Assembly (NCBI GenBank): GCA_964634215.1
Contig: CAZWKR010000006.1
Span: 15,607-79,606 of the forward strand
Direction: 5' to 3'
Length of the DNA: 64,000 bases
From: an uncultured bacterium
GTDB taxonomy: Bacteria; Fidelibacterota; Marinisomatia; Marinisomatales; JAHJCW01
In this document: one piece after another, positions 25,783-35,043 of the stretch
Layout of the letters: each line of letters begins with the position of its first letter
Numbering within the stretch: position 1 is the stretch's first letter
Program-made: the position numbers and the translations under genes
The notes under the pieces: model-generated
What the model saw: only the letters and a program-made list of their open reading frames with translations
Databases searched by the model: none
What the model was told of the DNA's origin: nothing

Positions 25783-26727
25783 ATGAAAACACAGTACGGC
25801 ATTTTACTTTTTTATACAATTATTTTACTAACTGGATGTAAGTCTGATGAATCTAACATACCAATTAATAATGATCCTGTGATGCCCATTGTGAATTCAA
25901 TTGGTGAATCAACTACAATTGAAGTAGTCACCTGGAATATTGAACACTTTCCGAAAGATGAGTTCACAAGTGAATATGTTAAAACAATAATTGAAGGATT
26001 AGATGCTGATATTTTCATGCTTCAGGAAATTGAGTCTTCCACAAAATTTGGTTCAATGCTAGATGATATGGATAATTATAATTATTTAATGCAAGCGACC
26101 AGAACCAATCTAAACTTGGTCCTAATTTATAATAACGATTTGATTAATGTAAAAAGTAGCAATGAATTATTTATTGACGATGATCATTTTTTTGCAGGAA
26201 GACCTCCTTTATTAACAAAACTTGAATGGCAAAAAAACGGAATCACAAAAGAATTAACAGTTATTAATTTACATCTTAAATGTTGTGGCGATAATTCAAT
26301 TGATACAGGGAACAATTATGATGAGGAATATCGTCGCGTAGTAGCTTGCCAGATGTTGCATGAGTATGTTTCCGGTTCGTTAAGCTCTGAAAATGTGATA
26401 ATAGTGGGTGATTGGAATGATGCTATTCAAGAAGTTTATTCAACAAATGTTTTCAAAATATTTATTGATGACCCGGATAACTTCAAGTTTGTAGATATGA
26501 ATATCGCAAATAGCGATGCATCAAATTGGTCATGGCAGGGTTGGAACAGCTCATGGCCTGCAATTCATTTCGATCATATTTTAATTAATAATAATTTGTT
26601 TGATGAATTTGACAATTCAAGTTTCGTTGATGTCATTAAATTGGAAGAATATTTTGAAAATGGTAGTTCTGAATATGATGAAAATGTATCAGATCACCGA
26701 CCTGTTTACTTAAAGTTTACACCTTAA
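25783..26727 (+). CDS. Endonuclease/exonuclease/phosphatase (EEP) family lipoprotein
   Basis: Lipobox 'LLLTGC'. 'VVTWNIEHFPK', 'FMLQEIES', 'VINLHLKCCG', 'IVGDWND', 'DHILINN', 'SDHRPVYLKF'. Confidence 0.8.
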   Translation: MKTQYGILLFYTIILLTGCKSDESNIPINNDPVMPIVNSIGESTTIEVVTWNIEHFPKDEFTSEYVKTIIEGLDADIFMLQEIESSTKFGSMLDDMDNYNYLMQATRTNLNLVLIYNNDLINVKSSNELFIDDDHFFAGRPPLLTKLEWQKNGITKELTVINLHLKCCGDNSIDTGNNYDEEYRRVVACQMLHEYVSGSLSSENVIIVGDWNDAIQEVYSTNVFKIFIDDPDNFKFVDMNIANSDASNWSWQGWNSSWPAIHFDHILINNNLFDEFDNSSFVDVIKLEEYFENGSSEYDENVSDHRPVYLKFTP

Positions 26728-26845
26728 TTTGTAAAAAATTGCATTGTAACAGTACTAATCTTCTTGTAGTTTTTAAAAGCAAAGAGATTTAGATTAGTCA
26801 ATCATTTTGAGAAGCATTTTTCTAAAATCACAATAAGAGGTAATA

Positions 26846-27589
26846 ATGAAGAAAATCCTAAGTATAATATTAATTCTCACTGGCTTTATAATGGCACAAG
26901 GTTTTAGCGATTTAATAGACCAAGCAGATGCCCTACATGAGCTCGACGATTTCTCTGGAAATTATGAACTATTGAAGAAAGCAGAAGAGCTTGAAACCGA
27001 AAATTTTGAAGTTATTTGGCGCTTAGCACGTGCCCATTTTGACTTTTTTGATAATTCCGAAGATGAAGAAGTAATATCAGAAAATGTGTATGCCGGAATC
27101 GATTATGCAAAACGAGCACTTGAAATGGATGACAGTAGAGCTGAATCACATAAGTGGTACGGCATTTTGATAGGTCAAGTTGGCATACTTGAAGGGACAA
27201 AACAGAAGATATTGAATTCCTATGAAGTAAAAAATCATACTCTAAAGGCCATTGAATTAGATCCTGAGGATGATGGGAATTTTCATGTGATGGGTAGGTG
27301 GCATCATACTTTAGCAGATTTAAGTTGGTTTGAGAGAAAAATAGCAGGATTAATTTATGCAGCTCCGCCTAAAGCGAGTTTTGAAGAGGCGGTTGAATAT
27401 TTTAAACAAGCAATTGATATGGCTCCTGGTGAGGTACGTCATCATGTATGGTTAGGTAAAACATATGAGTCATTAGATAATGCAGAAGCAGCAAAAAGTG
27501 CATATAATGCTGCCTTGGCAATAACTGCTGAGAATGATAGCGACCGAATTCTACAAAAGGAAGCTCAAGAATTATTATCTGAATTATAG
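26846..27589 (+). CDS. Secreted all-helical TPR-like protein
   Basis: Signal '...GFIMA|QG'. Helical repeat pattern with 'AEEAVEYFKQAIDMAP', 'WLGKTYESLDNAEAAKSAYNAALAI'. Confidence 0.45.
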   Translation: MKKILSIILILTGFIMAQGFSDLIDQADALHELDDFSGNYELLKKAEELETENFEVIWRLARAHFDFFDNSEDEEVISENVYAGIDYAKRALEMDDSRAESHKWYGILIGQVGILEGTKQKILNSYEVKNHTLKAIELDPEDDGNFHVMGRWHHTLADLSWFERKIAGLIYAAPPKASFEEAVEYFKQAIDMAPGEVRHHVWLGKTYESLDNAEAAKSAYNAALAITAENDSDRILQKEAQELLSEL

Positions 27590-27609
27590 TTTTTTATAAA
27601 GAGAGCGGG

Positions 27610-28164
27610 ATGACGCGGCTAAAGGAGAAGAGACTGTCGTCAAAAAGTGTTTTTAAGGGCAGTTTATTAGATATTTTTGTTGACGAAGTTCTGGTATATA
27701 ATGGCAAAAGAAAGATACGAGAATATACAAAACATCCTGGAGCAGCAGCTGTCATCCCGATTCTTCCCGATGGTAAAATTGGACTGATTCGACATTACCG
27801 TTACCCTACAAATCAAATACATATAGAAATTCCAGCCGGTAAAATTGATTCGGGTGAAAATGTTGAAGCGACTGCAAAACGAGAGTTGCAGGAAGAAATA
27901 GGATATATCCCACAGAAACTCACATTTTTAACTAAGATCAATCCATGTATTGGCTACAGCGATGAAAGCATTTGGCTGTATTTGGGTGAAGATCTTGAAA
28001 AGATTAATCATATTAAAACTGATGAAAGTATCGAGTTTTATCCCGTTTCCTTTGATAAAGCGGTGGGATTAGTTTGGACTGGCAAGGTCACAGATGTGAA
28101 GTCAATCATTTCGATTTTCTGGTTAGATAAACTAGTACGCAATAATAAAGTTCAAATAACCTGA
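27610..28164 (+). CDS. Nudix hydrolase (ADP-ribose pyrophosphatase-like)
   Basis: Nudix box 'GKIDSGENVEATAKRELQEEIGY'. Confidence 0.8.
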   Translation: MTRLKEKRLSSKSVFKGSLLDIFVDEVLVYNGKRKIREYTKHPGAAAVIPILPDGKIGLIRHYRYPTNQIHIEIPAGKIDSGENVEATAKRELQEEIGYIPQKLTFLTKINPCIGYSDESIWLYLGEDLEKINHIKTDESIEFYPVSFDKAVGLVWTGKVTDVKSIISIFWLDKLVRNNKVQIT

Positions 28165-28178
28165 ACACAAATACTAAA

Positions 28179-29108
28179 ATGGATCTGACACAATCCATCA
28201 AGTCCAAAGCTATTGAAATCGGATTTCAAAAAATTGGCATTAGCCCACCCAATATACCGCTCTTGTATAAAAATTATTTTGATAAGTGGCTTTCCTCCGA
28301 CAAAAATGGCACAATGAAATGGTTAGAAAACCGCAATGAAGAACGCAAAGATATTTATAAATACTTTCCTGAGGTCAAATCTGTTATTTCAGTAGCAATC
28401 AATTACTATACTGACACTGAAAATCAACAAGTAAAATTTAGTAAATATGCACACGGGAAAGATTATCATATTATTGTTAAACAAAAATTAAATGAATTGT
28501 TATACTCTATAAATGAAGAATATAATCAAGATATCAAAGGAATTGTGTGTGTTGATTCATCTCCGGTAATGGAAAAGCAATGGGCACAGCGCGGTGGCAT
28601 TGGTTGGCAAGGTAAACATACTATATTGATAAACGATGAATTCGGAAGTTGGATGTTTTTGGGTGAATTATTATTGGATATTCCGCTAGAATATGACAAT
28701 CCGTTTCAAACTGATTTATGCGGTTCATGTACAGCTTGTATTGATGCATGTCCAACAAAAGCACTTTCGGAATACCAATTAGATGCTACAAAGTGCATTT
28801 CATATTTAACAGTAGAGTATAAAAGTGAATTTGATATTGACCAAAAGAGTAAACTAAAAAATTGGATATATGGATGCGATATATGTCAACAGGTTTGCCC
28901 TTGGAATAAAAAGAAACAAAATTATACAGATGAAGATTCCTTTAAACCGATTCGGGAGATTGTAGAATATTCATATACAGATTGGTCAAATGTCGATGAT
29001 AATTCGTTTAATAATATATTTAAAGATTCTCCGGTCAAACGAATAAAATATGATCGCTTTAGGCGAAATGTTGCTGCATCAAAACAAGCAAGTCATTGTA
29101 TTGATTGA
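28179..29108 (+). CDS. queG: tRNA epoxyqueuosine(34) reductase
   Basis: 'CGSCTACIDACPTKAL', 'CISYLTVE', 'IYGCDICQQVCPWNK'. Confidence 0.85.
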   Translation: MDLTQSIKSKAIEIGFQKIGISPPNIPLLYKNYFDKWLSSDKNGTMKWLENRNEERKDIYKYFPEVKSVISVAINYYTDTENQQVKFSKYAHGKDYHIIVKQKLNELLYSINEEYNQDIKGIVCVDSSPVMEKQWAQRGGIGWQGKHTILINDEFGSWMFLGELLLDIPLEYDNPFQTDLCGSCTACIDACPTKALSEYQLDATKCISYLTVEYKSEFDIDQKSKLKNWIYGCDICQQVCPWNKKKQNYTDEDSFKPIREIVEYSYTDWSNVDDNSFNNIFKDSPVKRIKYDRFRRNVAASKQASHCID

Positions 29109-29164
29109 AATGGATTAATACCGTAGTTTGTAAAGTTAATAATAATTTATTATAGGAGGTTTTT

Positions 29165-29830
29165 ATGCCTAAAATTGGAGTTGTTTTGTCAGGATGCGGG
29201 GTATATGATGGCGCTGAAATTCATGAGTCTGTTATTACGATGTTAGCTCTTGACCGAGCCGGAGCAGAAAAAATTATGATGGCTCCTGACATAGATCAAT
29301 TACATGTTATAAATCATTTAAATGGGGAAGAGATGGATGGAGATGGTAGAAATGTTTTAGTAGAATCTGCCCGCATAGCCCGTGGTGATATCAAAAGCAT
29401 TTCAGAAGTAACGGAAAATGAATTAGATGCTCTGATCTTTCCGGGTGGTTTTGGAGTTGCTAAAAATTTAAGTGATTATGCTATGGTTGGTGCAAATTGT
29501 ACAGTGAATTCTGAAGTTGCAAAATTAACAAGAGAGGTTCATAATTCCGGTAAACCGATTGGTGTTATGTGCATTGCCCCTACAATGATGGCACAAATCC
29601 TCGGTACAATTGATGAATCTGCAGACCTTACAATTGGAAGTGATGCACAAACAGCAACTGATATAGAAACGATGGGGTCTCATCATATTGCTTGTCCTGT
29701 ACAGGATATTATAATTGATAAAAAACAAAAGATTGTAACTACTCCTGCCTACATGGAAGCAAAAAATATGTCCGAAGCTGCAGAGGGTATTGAGAAATTA
29801 GTCTCGGAAGTTTTAAATTTGATAAAGTAA
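29165..29830 (+). CDS. elbB: DJ-1/PfpI-superfamily ElbB-like protein (isoprenoid biosynthesis glyoxalase)
   Basis: 'KIGVVLSGCGVYDGAEIHESV', 'LIFPGGFGVAKNLSD', 'GVMCIAP'. Strong SD 'aggagg' upstream. Confidence 0.8.
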   Translation: MPKIGVVLSGCGVYDGAEIHESVITMLALDRAGAEKIMMAPDIDQLHVINHLNGEEMDGDGRNVLVESARIARGDIKSISEVTENELDALIFPGGFGVAKNLSDYAMVGANCTVNSEVAKLTREVHNSGKPIGVMCIAPTMMAQILGTIDESADLTIGSDAQTATDIETMGSHHIACPVQDIIIDKKQKIVTTPAYMEAKNMSEAAEGIEKLVSEVLNLIK

Positions 29831-29845
29831 ATTAACTCTATAAAA

Positions 29846-29874
29846 TAAAAAAGCACCCAAGGGGTGCTTTTTTA
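29846..29874. terminator. Bidirectional rho-independent terminator between convergent elbB and the ECF operon
   Basis: AAAAAA-GCACCC-AAG-GGGTGC-TTTTTT read directly. Confidence 0.8.
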
Positions 29875-29890
29875 TTGTTTATTGCTATTA

Positions 29891-30769
29891 TTAATCTTCT
29901 ATTACAATATCAACCGATCCCATTCCAACATTAACATCCATTGAAATTGTGGGATAATTACTTTCCCAATTAGGGCTGACCCATAATTTGTTCTTCTTTT
30001 GCTTTAGTCCATAAATATCAACTGATGATAAAAATGAAGAATCAACATATATTTCAATATTAGCTTTTTTGGGGAGGATCATATCCAGGGATCCCAATCC
30101 AACATCTACATTTATATCTGTGTCATAAATTCTGTCACCTGTGAAATCAATATCGGCAGAACCTAAACCAATATTTATATCTATATCTTTTGCAGCAAGA
30201 TTCCCTAACCCTGAAACATCTAGATCTCCCAAACCATTTTCAATACTTACTGATTCACAAACGACATTATTTCTTTTATTAATTTCAATTTCAACGTCAC
30301 TTAATCCACAATTGATATTTAATTTTGTAATTGAAATATCTGTTAAATCAATTTCTGCATCGCCCACACCAAAATCTAGGAATAGGTCGGTTTTGATTTG
30401 AGGAGGAAAATAGAATTCCATTTCGTTGTCAAATCCACCAAATTTGTAACCACAAGGATCTTTATCAGGGTCTTTTTTAGTTTTAATCAATAACACACCG
30501 CTGGAGGAAACCGATTCTAGTTTAACAATTGGTTTTATTCTGCGGCCGTCATAGGTTATTTCCCCTTCGATAAGATTTTTTTCATCGCTGGAGGCGATAG
30601 TTAATTCTCCCAAACCGTAGGAAATGGAAACATCTAAGTCTTTATATTGTCGTGTATTGAAGCTATAAGAATTAACTACTTCATATTCGTCACAATCATC
30701 ACTTTGGGCAAAAATAAATGAGCTTGTAATTAGTAGAATACTTAATAAAAATATATTTGTTTTTTTCAT
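29891..30769 (-). CDS. Secreted beta-helix/'toast-rack' type protein (DUF4097/LiaG-like putative adhesin)
   Basis: Signal '...SFIFA|QS'. Repeated 'G(L/M)G(D/S)(L/A/V)D(V/I/M)' rungs ('GLGDLDVSG','GLGSADIDF','GLGSLDMIL','GMGSVDIVI'). Confidence 0.55.
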   Translation of the reverse strand: MKKTNIFLLSILLITSSFIFAQSDDCDEYEVVNSYSFNTRQYKDLDVSISYGLGELTIASSDEKNLIEGEITYDGRRIKPIVKLESVSSSGVLLIKTKKDPDKDPCGYKFGGFDNEMEFYFPPQIKTDLFLDFGVGDAEIDLTDISITKLNINCGLSDVEIEINKRNNVVCESVSIENGLGDLDVSGLGNLAAKDIDINIGLGSADIDFTGDRIYDTDINVDVGLGSLDMILPKKANIEIYVDSSFLSSVDIYGLKQKKNKLWVSPNWESNYPTISMDVNVGMGSVDIVIED

Positions 30770-31758
30770 GGTGTCACCTCATTGTTTTCAATTGAGACTG
30801 GTTTCTGTAAGTCTGTAAGTAGTCTTCGTGCTTTTTCCCGAACTTGTGAATTATCATCCATAGTGCTTACTATTTCAAGTAATGGTATTAGATCAATTGA
30901 TTTGTTTTTTTCTAAAAGGGTTAATGATTCTAACCGCATTTCAAAATTATGATCGTCTAATAAAATTCTTTTACAAGCATTAATTAATTCTGTAGAAGAT
31001 TGATATTGAGCTAAGGTCTCCATAGACTGCATTTTAACTCTTTGGTCAGTTTCTGATAATACAGACGATATCAATACCATTTGAGATTCATTGTTTTGTG
31101 TTATTCTTTTAATTTGTTTGCCGGCTTTATATCGATTATCGATATCTTCGTCATTTAAAAGTAAATAGTACAATATTTGTCTAATATTTTTATCGTTGAC
31201 GTTACCTGAAACATTGAATCTATTGTCGGTATGCGATACCAATTTAATAGACGATGGGGATAGTGTCGATTGGTCTATACGTAAATCCGAAAGCACCCCC
31301 GATTGAATTAGTTTATTCATATCAACTATTTCTTGACCGCTAATATCAATTGGTTTATCACCATTAGTGGTGAGTAGTAAGCGTCCGGCTAAAAGTCCAA
31401 TTATTACATATGTAGCGATTGCCCAAACGGGTTGTCGTGTTTTTGCAATGGATGTAATACCATTCTTAATCTTATCAATAATGTTTAATAGAACCGAACC
31501 GGTTGTCTCTTTATTGCTAATATCCTCTATCTTGCCACGAAGCAAATTTCTACTACCTTGTAAAAATTCATCTGATGGACCAATTGTTAATATCTCTCTA
31601 GTTTTTTCAATAGATGATTTTAAATCGTTTACATAATCTAGCAACTCAGAATTAGTTTTTAATTCTTGTTCTAGTTTCCTTTTTGATGTAATGCTCAGTG
31701 CATTACAAATATATAAAGCAGCTTGTTTTTTTTGCTGCTCTGAAATATTATTAGGCAT
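30766..31758 (-). CDS. Putative anti-sigma factor: single-pass membrane protein with HEAT-like C-terminal repeats
   Basis: 4-nt/8-nt overlaps with neighbours. Central TM 'VWAIATYVIIGLLAGRLLL'. Position directly after the ECF sigma gene. No zinc-finger anti-sigma motif seen. Confidence 0.45.
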   Translation of the reverse strand: MPNNISEQQKKQAALYICNALSITSKRKLEQELKTNSELLDYVNDLKSSIEKTREILTIGPSDEFLQGSRNLLRGKIEDISNKETTGSVLLNIIDKIKNGITSIAKTRQPVWAIATYVIIGLLAGRLLLTTNGDKPIDISGQEIVDMNKLIQSGVLSDLRIDQSTLSPSSIKLVSHTDNRFNVSGNVNDKNIRQILYYLLLNDEDIDNRYKAGKQIKRITQNNESQMVLISSVLSETDQRVKMQSMETLAQYQSSTELINACKRILLDDHNFEMRLESLTLLEKNKSIDLIPLLEIVSTMDDNSQVREKARRLLTDLQKPVSIENNEVTP

Positions 31759-32308
31759 AGTGGTATTCCTTTAAACTAACACGCAATTTTTCCATTGCAC
31801 GAAATAGATATTTTTTAACTGTCCCATCGGATAAATCCAAAATATTAGCGATGTCTTTGATTTTTAATTGTTGTAAATGTTTTAAAATAAAAACGGTTCT
31901 TTGTTGATGAGATAGTGTCAATAGTGACTGGTTGATCGCTATGATTAATTCTTCACGATTATCTTCGTTGCTTTGTGGATCATAAACCCAATCTAAAAAA
32001 TCATATCCCCCATCTTCCTTTGGTTCAACAATCGTCATTTTAGAATGCTTTCTTTTATAATTATAGGCTGTATTGACTGCAATACGATAAATCCAGGTAT
32101 AGATATCACTCTCAAAACGAAATTTTGATATATTCTTATATACCTTGACAAACGTCTCCTGATAGATATCTTCGGCGTCCTCTTTATTTTGTGCAATTTG
32201 TAATGTTAGTGTCATTATTCTTGTATCATATATTGAAACAATTTTGTGGAACGATTCAGTATCGCCGGCTTGTGCATTAATTATTAAGTCTCTAGTTGTT
32301 TTATCCAC
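31751..32308 (-). CDS. ECF-type RNA polymerase sigma-70 factor
   Basis: Region 2 'DAEDIYQETFVKVYKNISKF...YTWIYRIAVNTAYNYKRK'. Region 4 'QRTVFILKHLQQLKIKDIANILDLSDGTVKKYLFRAMEKLR'. Confidence 0.85.
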   Translation of the reverse strand: MDKTTRDLIINAQAGDTESFHKIVSIYDTRIMTLTLQIAQNKEDAEDIYQETFVKVYKNISKFRFESDIYTWIYRIAVNTAYNYKRKHSKMTIVEPKEDGGYDFLDWVYDPQSNEDNREELIIAINQSLLTLSHQQRTVFILKHLQQLKIKDIANILDLSDGTVKKYLFRAMEKLRVSLKEYHYA

Positions 32309-32403
32309 GAATCTGTTTCATTTCAGTATTTTTGACACTGATTATGTAAAAATGGTTGTCATCGTTTAAGTTTTGGGATTGAATCTAATTAAATAAATAA
32401 CAT

Positions 32404-32434
32404 AAAAAAACCCTCATAAACTGAGGGTTTTTTT
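32404..32434 (-). terminator. Rho-independent terminator after rpmA
   Basis: AAAAAAA-CCCTCA-TAAAC-TGAGGG-TTTTTTT, 20 nt past the rpmA stop. Confidence 0.8.
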
Positions 32435-32453
32435 AATAATATTTTATTGAATG

Positions 32454-32705
32454 TTACGATATAACACTTACAATTTTCTTGTCACGACCCTTCTTGCCAA
32501 ATTTTACAATACCATCAGCAATTGCAAATAGTGAATCATCGCCAGCGCGTTTAACATTTTCGCCGGGATGGACTTTTGTGCCGCGTTGTTTTAAAATTAT
32601 TCCACCTGATAATATTGTTTGACCATCATATACTTTAACACCGAGTCTTTTAGCATTTGAGTCACGACCATTCCGGGAACTACCCTGTCCTTTCTTATGT
32701 GCCAT
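32454..32705 (-). CDS. rpmA: 50S ribosomal protein L27
   Basis: '[24 protein letters not shown]...'. Confidence 0.95.
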   Translation of the reverse strand: MAHKKGQGSSRNGRDSNAKRLGVKVYDGQTILSGGIILKQRGTKVHPGENVKRAGDDSLFAIADGIVKFGKKGRDKKIVSVIS

Positions 32706-33085
32706 TATTTAGATTCCTTCTTAGTTGTTTTAGCTGCAGCAGTCTTTTTTACCGGTGCTTTTTTAGCTGGTGTAGATATTTTAATACTATTTACCATTAT
32801 TGATGAAAAATCTTGTCTATGTCCATTTTTACGCTGATATCCTTTTCGACGTTTTTTCTTATAGACAAGAATTTTTTTAAGTCGTCCATGCTCTAATATT
32901 TCTGCCGAAACTACAGCACCTTTAACAGCAGGTTTGCCAATTTTTATATTTTTTCCATCATCAGTCAGTAATACATTATCAAAGTTGACTTTGTCGCCAA
33001 CTTCTGATGATAGGCGAGCTACCTGAAGTTTATCTCCTTCAGCAACTTTATATTGTTTTCCTGCTATATTTACGATTGCGTACAT
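32705..33085 (-). CDS. rplU: 50S ribosomal protein L21 (with Lys/Ala-rich C-terminal tail)
   Basis: '[20 protein letters not shown]', '[15 protein letters not shown]'. Confidence 0.93.
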   Translation of the reverse strand: MYAIVNIAGKQYKVAEGDKLQVARLSSEVGDKVNFDNVLLTDDGKNIKIGKPAVKGAVVSAEILEHGRLKKILVYKKKRRKGYQRKNGHRQDFSSIMVNSIKISTPAKKAPVKKTAAAKTTKKESK

Positions 33086-33111
33086 TTTATCTCCTAAAAA
33101 AGCTTGCGAAT

Positions 33112-34656
33112 TTAAGTCTTGGAATTATCCTTTTCAAGTGCATTTGTTACATTTTTACCATCTGATAAAGTAATGAACTCGAATTGATCTCTGTGTATCT
33201 CAGGATTGGCTTCAATCTTAATGTGCACAAAATTTTTCCACATTAATCCTCTTAATGCTTTTTTCTTATGTACTCGAAGGAATTCTTCAATTTCAGGATG
33301 CAATAGTAGTTTTAATCTCAAACTACGGCGCTTAGATTTGTATCTTCTTAGCCAATGGTCAATTCTTGTAATAAGTGTTTCTTTGGATATTATCTGTCCT
33401 GCACCATGACAAGTTGGACATTCTTCCGTCATACTATCCAATAGACTTTGGCGAATACGTTGACGTGTCATCTCTAATAATCCAAATTCTGAAATAGGAG
33501 ATACGGCAACTTTTGCACGATCTTTTTTAAGCTCATTTCGCAATTCATTAAAAACTTTTCGTTGATTATCTTGCTCACGCATATCAATAAAGTCAATAAC
33601 TATTAATCCTGACAGGTCACGTAATCGAAGTTGTCTAGCAATTTCTCGAGCTGCTTCCAAATTAATCTTAAGTGAATTTTGTTCGTGTAGTTGTTTGCCA
33701 ATAAATCTGCCGCTGTTAACATCAACAACTACCATCGCTTCAGTTTTTTCAATAACAAGATAAGCCCCACTTTTTAATCTTGCTATAGGACTCATTAACT
33801 TTGCGATTTCAGCTTCAATACCCATACTCTCGAAAAGGGGAGATTTAATTTTATATAATTGAAGTCTTTCGCTTAGATTCGGTGAGACATCTTCCAAATA
33901 TTTGTGCAATTTATTATATAATTTTTTTGAATCGATTGTGATCTTACCAACATCGGTTGTGAGTAGGTCTCTTATGACACTTGAAGCAGTTTCAAGATCT
34001 TCATAGATTAAAGCAGGGGCATCTGTATTCTTTGCTTTTTTTTCTAATTTACGCCAATGTGTAATAAGCATTTCATAATCATTTGTGATTTGTTCTTCAC
34101 TCTTCCCTTCAGCGACGGTTCGAATTATTAATCCAAAATCTTTATTGCGCAATTTGTTTGCGACTTTTTTAAGACGTCGGCGTTCGTATTTATCCCAAAG
34201 TTTTTTTGATATCCCTATATAGTTTACATTCGGAACTAAAACTAATAGTCTTCCGGGAATTGCAATTTCAGTTGTTACACGGGGTCCCTTATTAGCAAAA
34301 GGTTCCTTAATTATTTGAACAAATATTTCTTGTCCGGTGTGAAGGTCAACTTCAATATTGCCATTATCGGTATGCTTTTTGTTGTTTCGTTTGTTATCTT
34401 CACGATCAACATCAGCCAATAGAAACTCACCATTGTGAATTTCTGAAAATGGTAAAAAAGCATTTATCCCATAGCCAATATCAACAAACGCTGCTTGCAT
34501 ACCTGGGATAACATTCTCCACTTTCCCCTTATATATATTACTAACCATACGTTGCTGTCCTTGTTTTTCAACATAAACTTCAACTAAACGGTCTTCTTCG
34601 AGAATAGCAATTCGGGTTTCCCCCATGCTCTCATTTATAATAATTTCTTTCTTCAT
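33112..34656 (-). CDS. rng: Ribonuclease G/E family endoribonuclease
   Basis: S1 domain 'NIYKGKVENVIPGMQAAFVDIG'. 'VVDVNSGRF' and 'IVIDFIDM' catalytic motifs. Zn-link 'CPTCHGAG'. Confidence 0.88.
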   Translation of the reverse strand: MKKEIIINESMGETRIAILEEDRLVEVYVEKQGQQRMVSNIYKGKVENVIPGMQAAFVDIGYGINAFLPFSEIHNGEFLLADVDREDNKRNNKKHTDNGNIEVDLHTGQEIFVQIIKEPFANKGPRVTTEIAIPGRLLVLVPNVNYIGISKKLWDKYERRRLKKVANKLRNKDFGLIIRTVAEGKSEEQITNDYEMLITHWRKLEKKAKNTDAPALIYEDLETASSVIRDLLTTDVGKITIDSKKLYNKLHKYLEDVSPNLSERLQLYKIKSPLFESMGIEAEIAKLMSPIARLKSGAYLVIEKTEAMVVVDVNSGRFIGKQLHEQNSLKINLEAAREIARQLRLRDLSGLIVIDFIDMREQDNQRKVFNELRNELKKDRAKVAVSPISEFGLLEMTRQRIRQSLLDSMTEECPTCHGAGQIISKETLITRIDHWLRRYKSKRRSLRLKLLLHPEIEEFLRVHKKKALRGLMWKNFVHIKIEANPEIHRDQFEFITLSDGKNVTNALEKDNSKT

Positions 34657-35015
34657 TACTCCACCTTTTGCATCTGCATTTTTATATCTAGGCTTAATCC
34701 AATTGATTATATAACCAACTGTTCCGCGATAAACTATTATCCGGATTACCTATTTATTATTCGGGAAGAAAGAAACGAAGGGAGGTAAAAAAATTTTGTA
34801 TTTTTAAAAATGTTTCAAATATCGGTAAAAAAAAATAAACTTATTAGTCCTTCAAGCCTTTCAAACCCTATTGAAAAGTACAAGCTATTGCGATTTTCTT
34901 CAAGAAAAATAATGGTTTTGTTTTGGTAGAGTATGATTAAATTCCTTTTAATATTTTGTCGTGATTTGCGCTTGATTGCTGCGACATTAAAAAAGAGCTA
35001 AAATGGCAAGAGATT

Positions 35016-35043
35016 GCCTCGTTTAGCGCGAGGTTTTTTTATT
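35016..35043 (+). promoter_or_regulatory. Terminator-like hairpin + T7 run in the metH leader (possible attenuator)
   Basis: CCTCG(35017-21)/CGAGG(35029-33) followed by TTTTTTT, ending 3 nt before the ATG at 35044. It shares C35017-C35018 with an upstream GGCAA-GAGA-TTGCC hairpin. Confidence 0.3.

Noticed and set aside
35014-35043. TTG start for metH given by the ORF track ([10 protein letters not shown]...)
   Set aside because: The ATG at 35044 yields the canonical MetH N-terminus (…[10 protein letters not shown]). The extra 10 codons coincide with a hairpin plus T-run that looks like leader RNA. The TTG start remains possible but is less likely.
34800-35043. Cobalamin, SAM or SAH riboswitch upstream of metH
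   Set aside because: 'ggcaagagattgcc' only loosely resembles a B12 box. I could not find the other conserved cores of any of these riboswitch classes by eye. Only the generic hairpin/T-run observation is retained.
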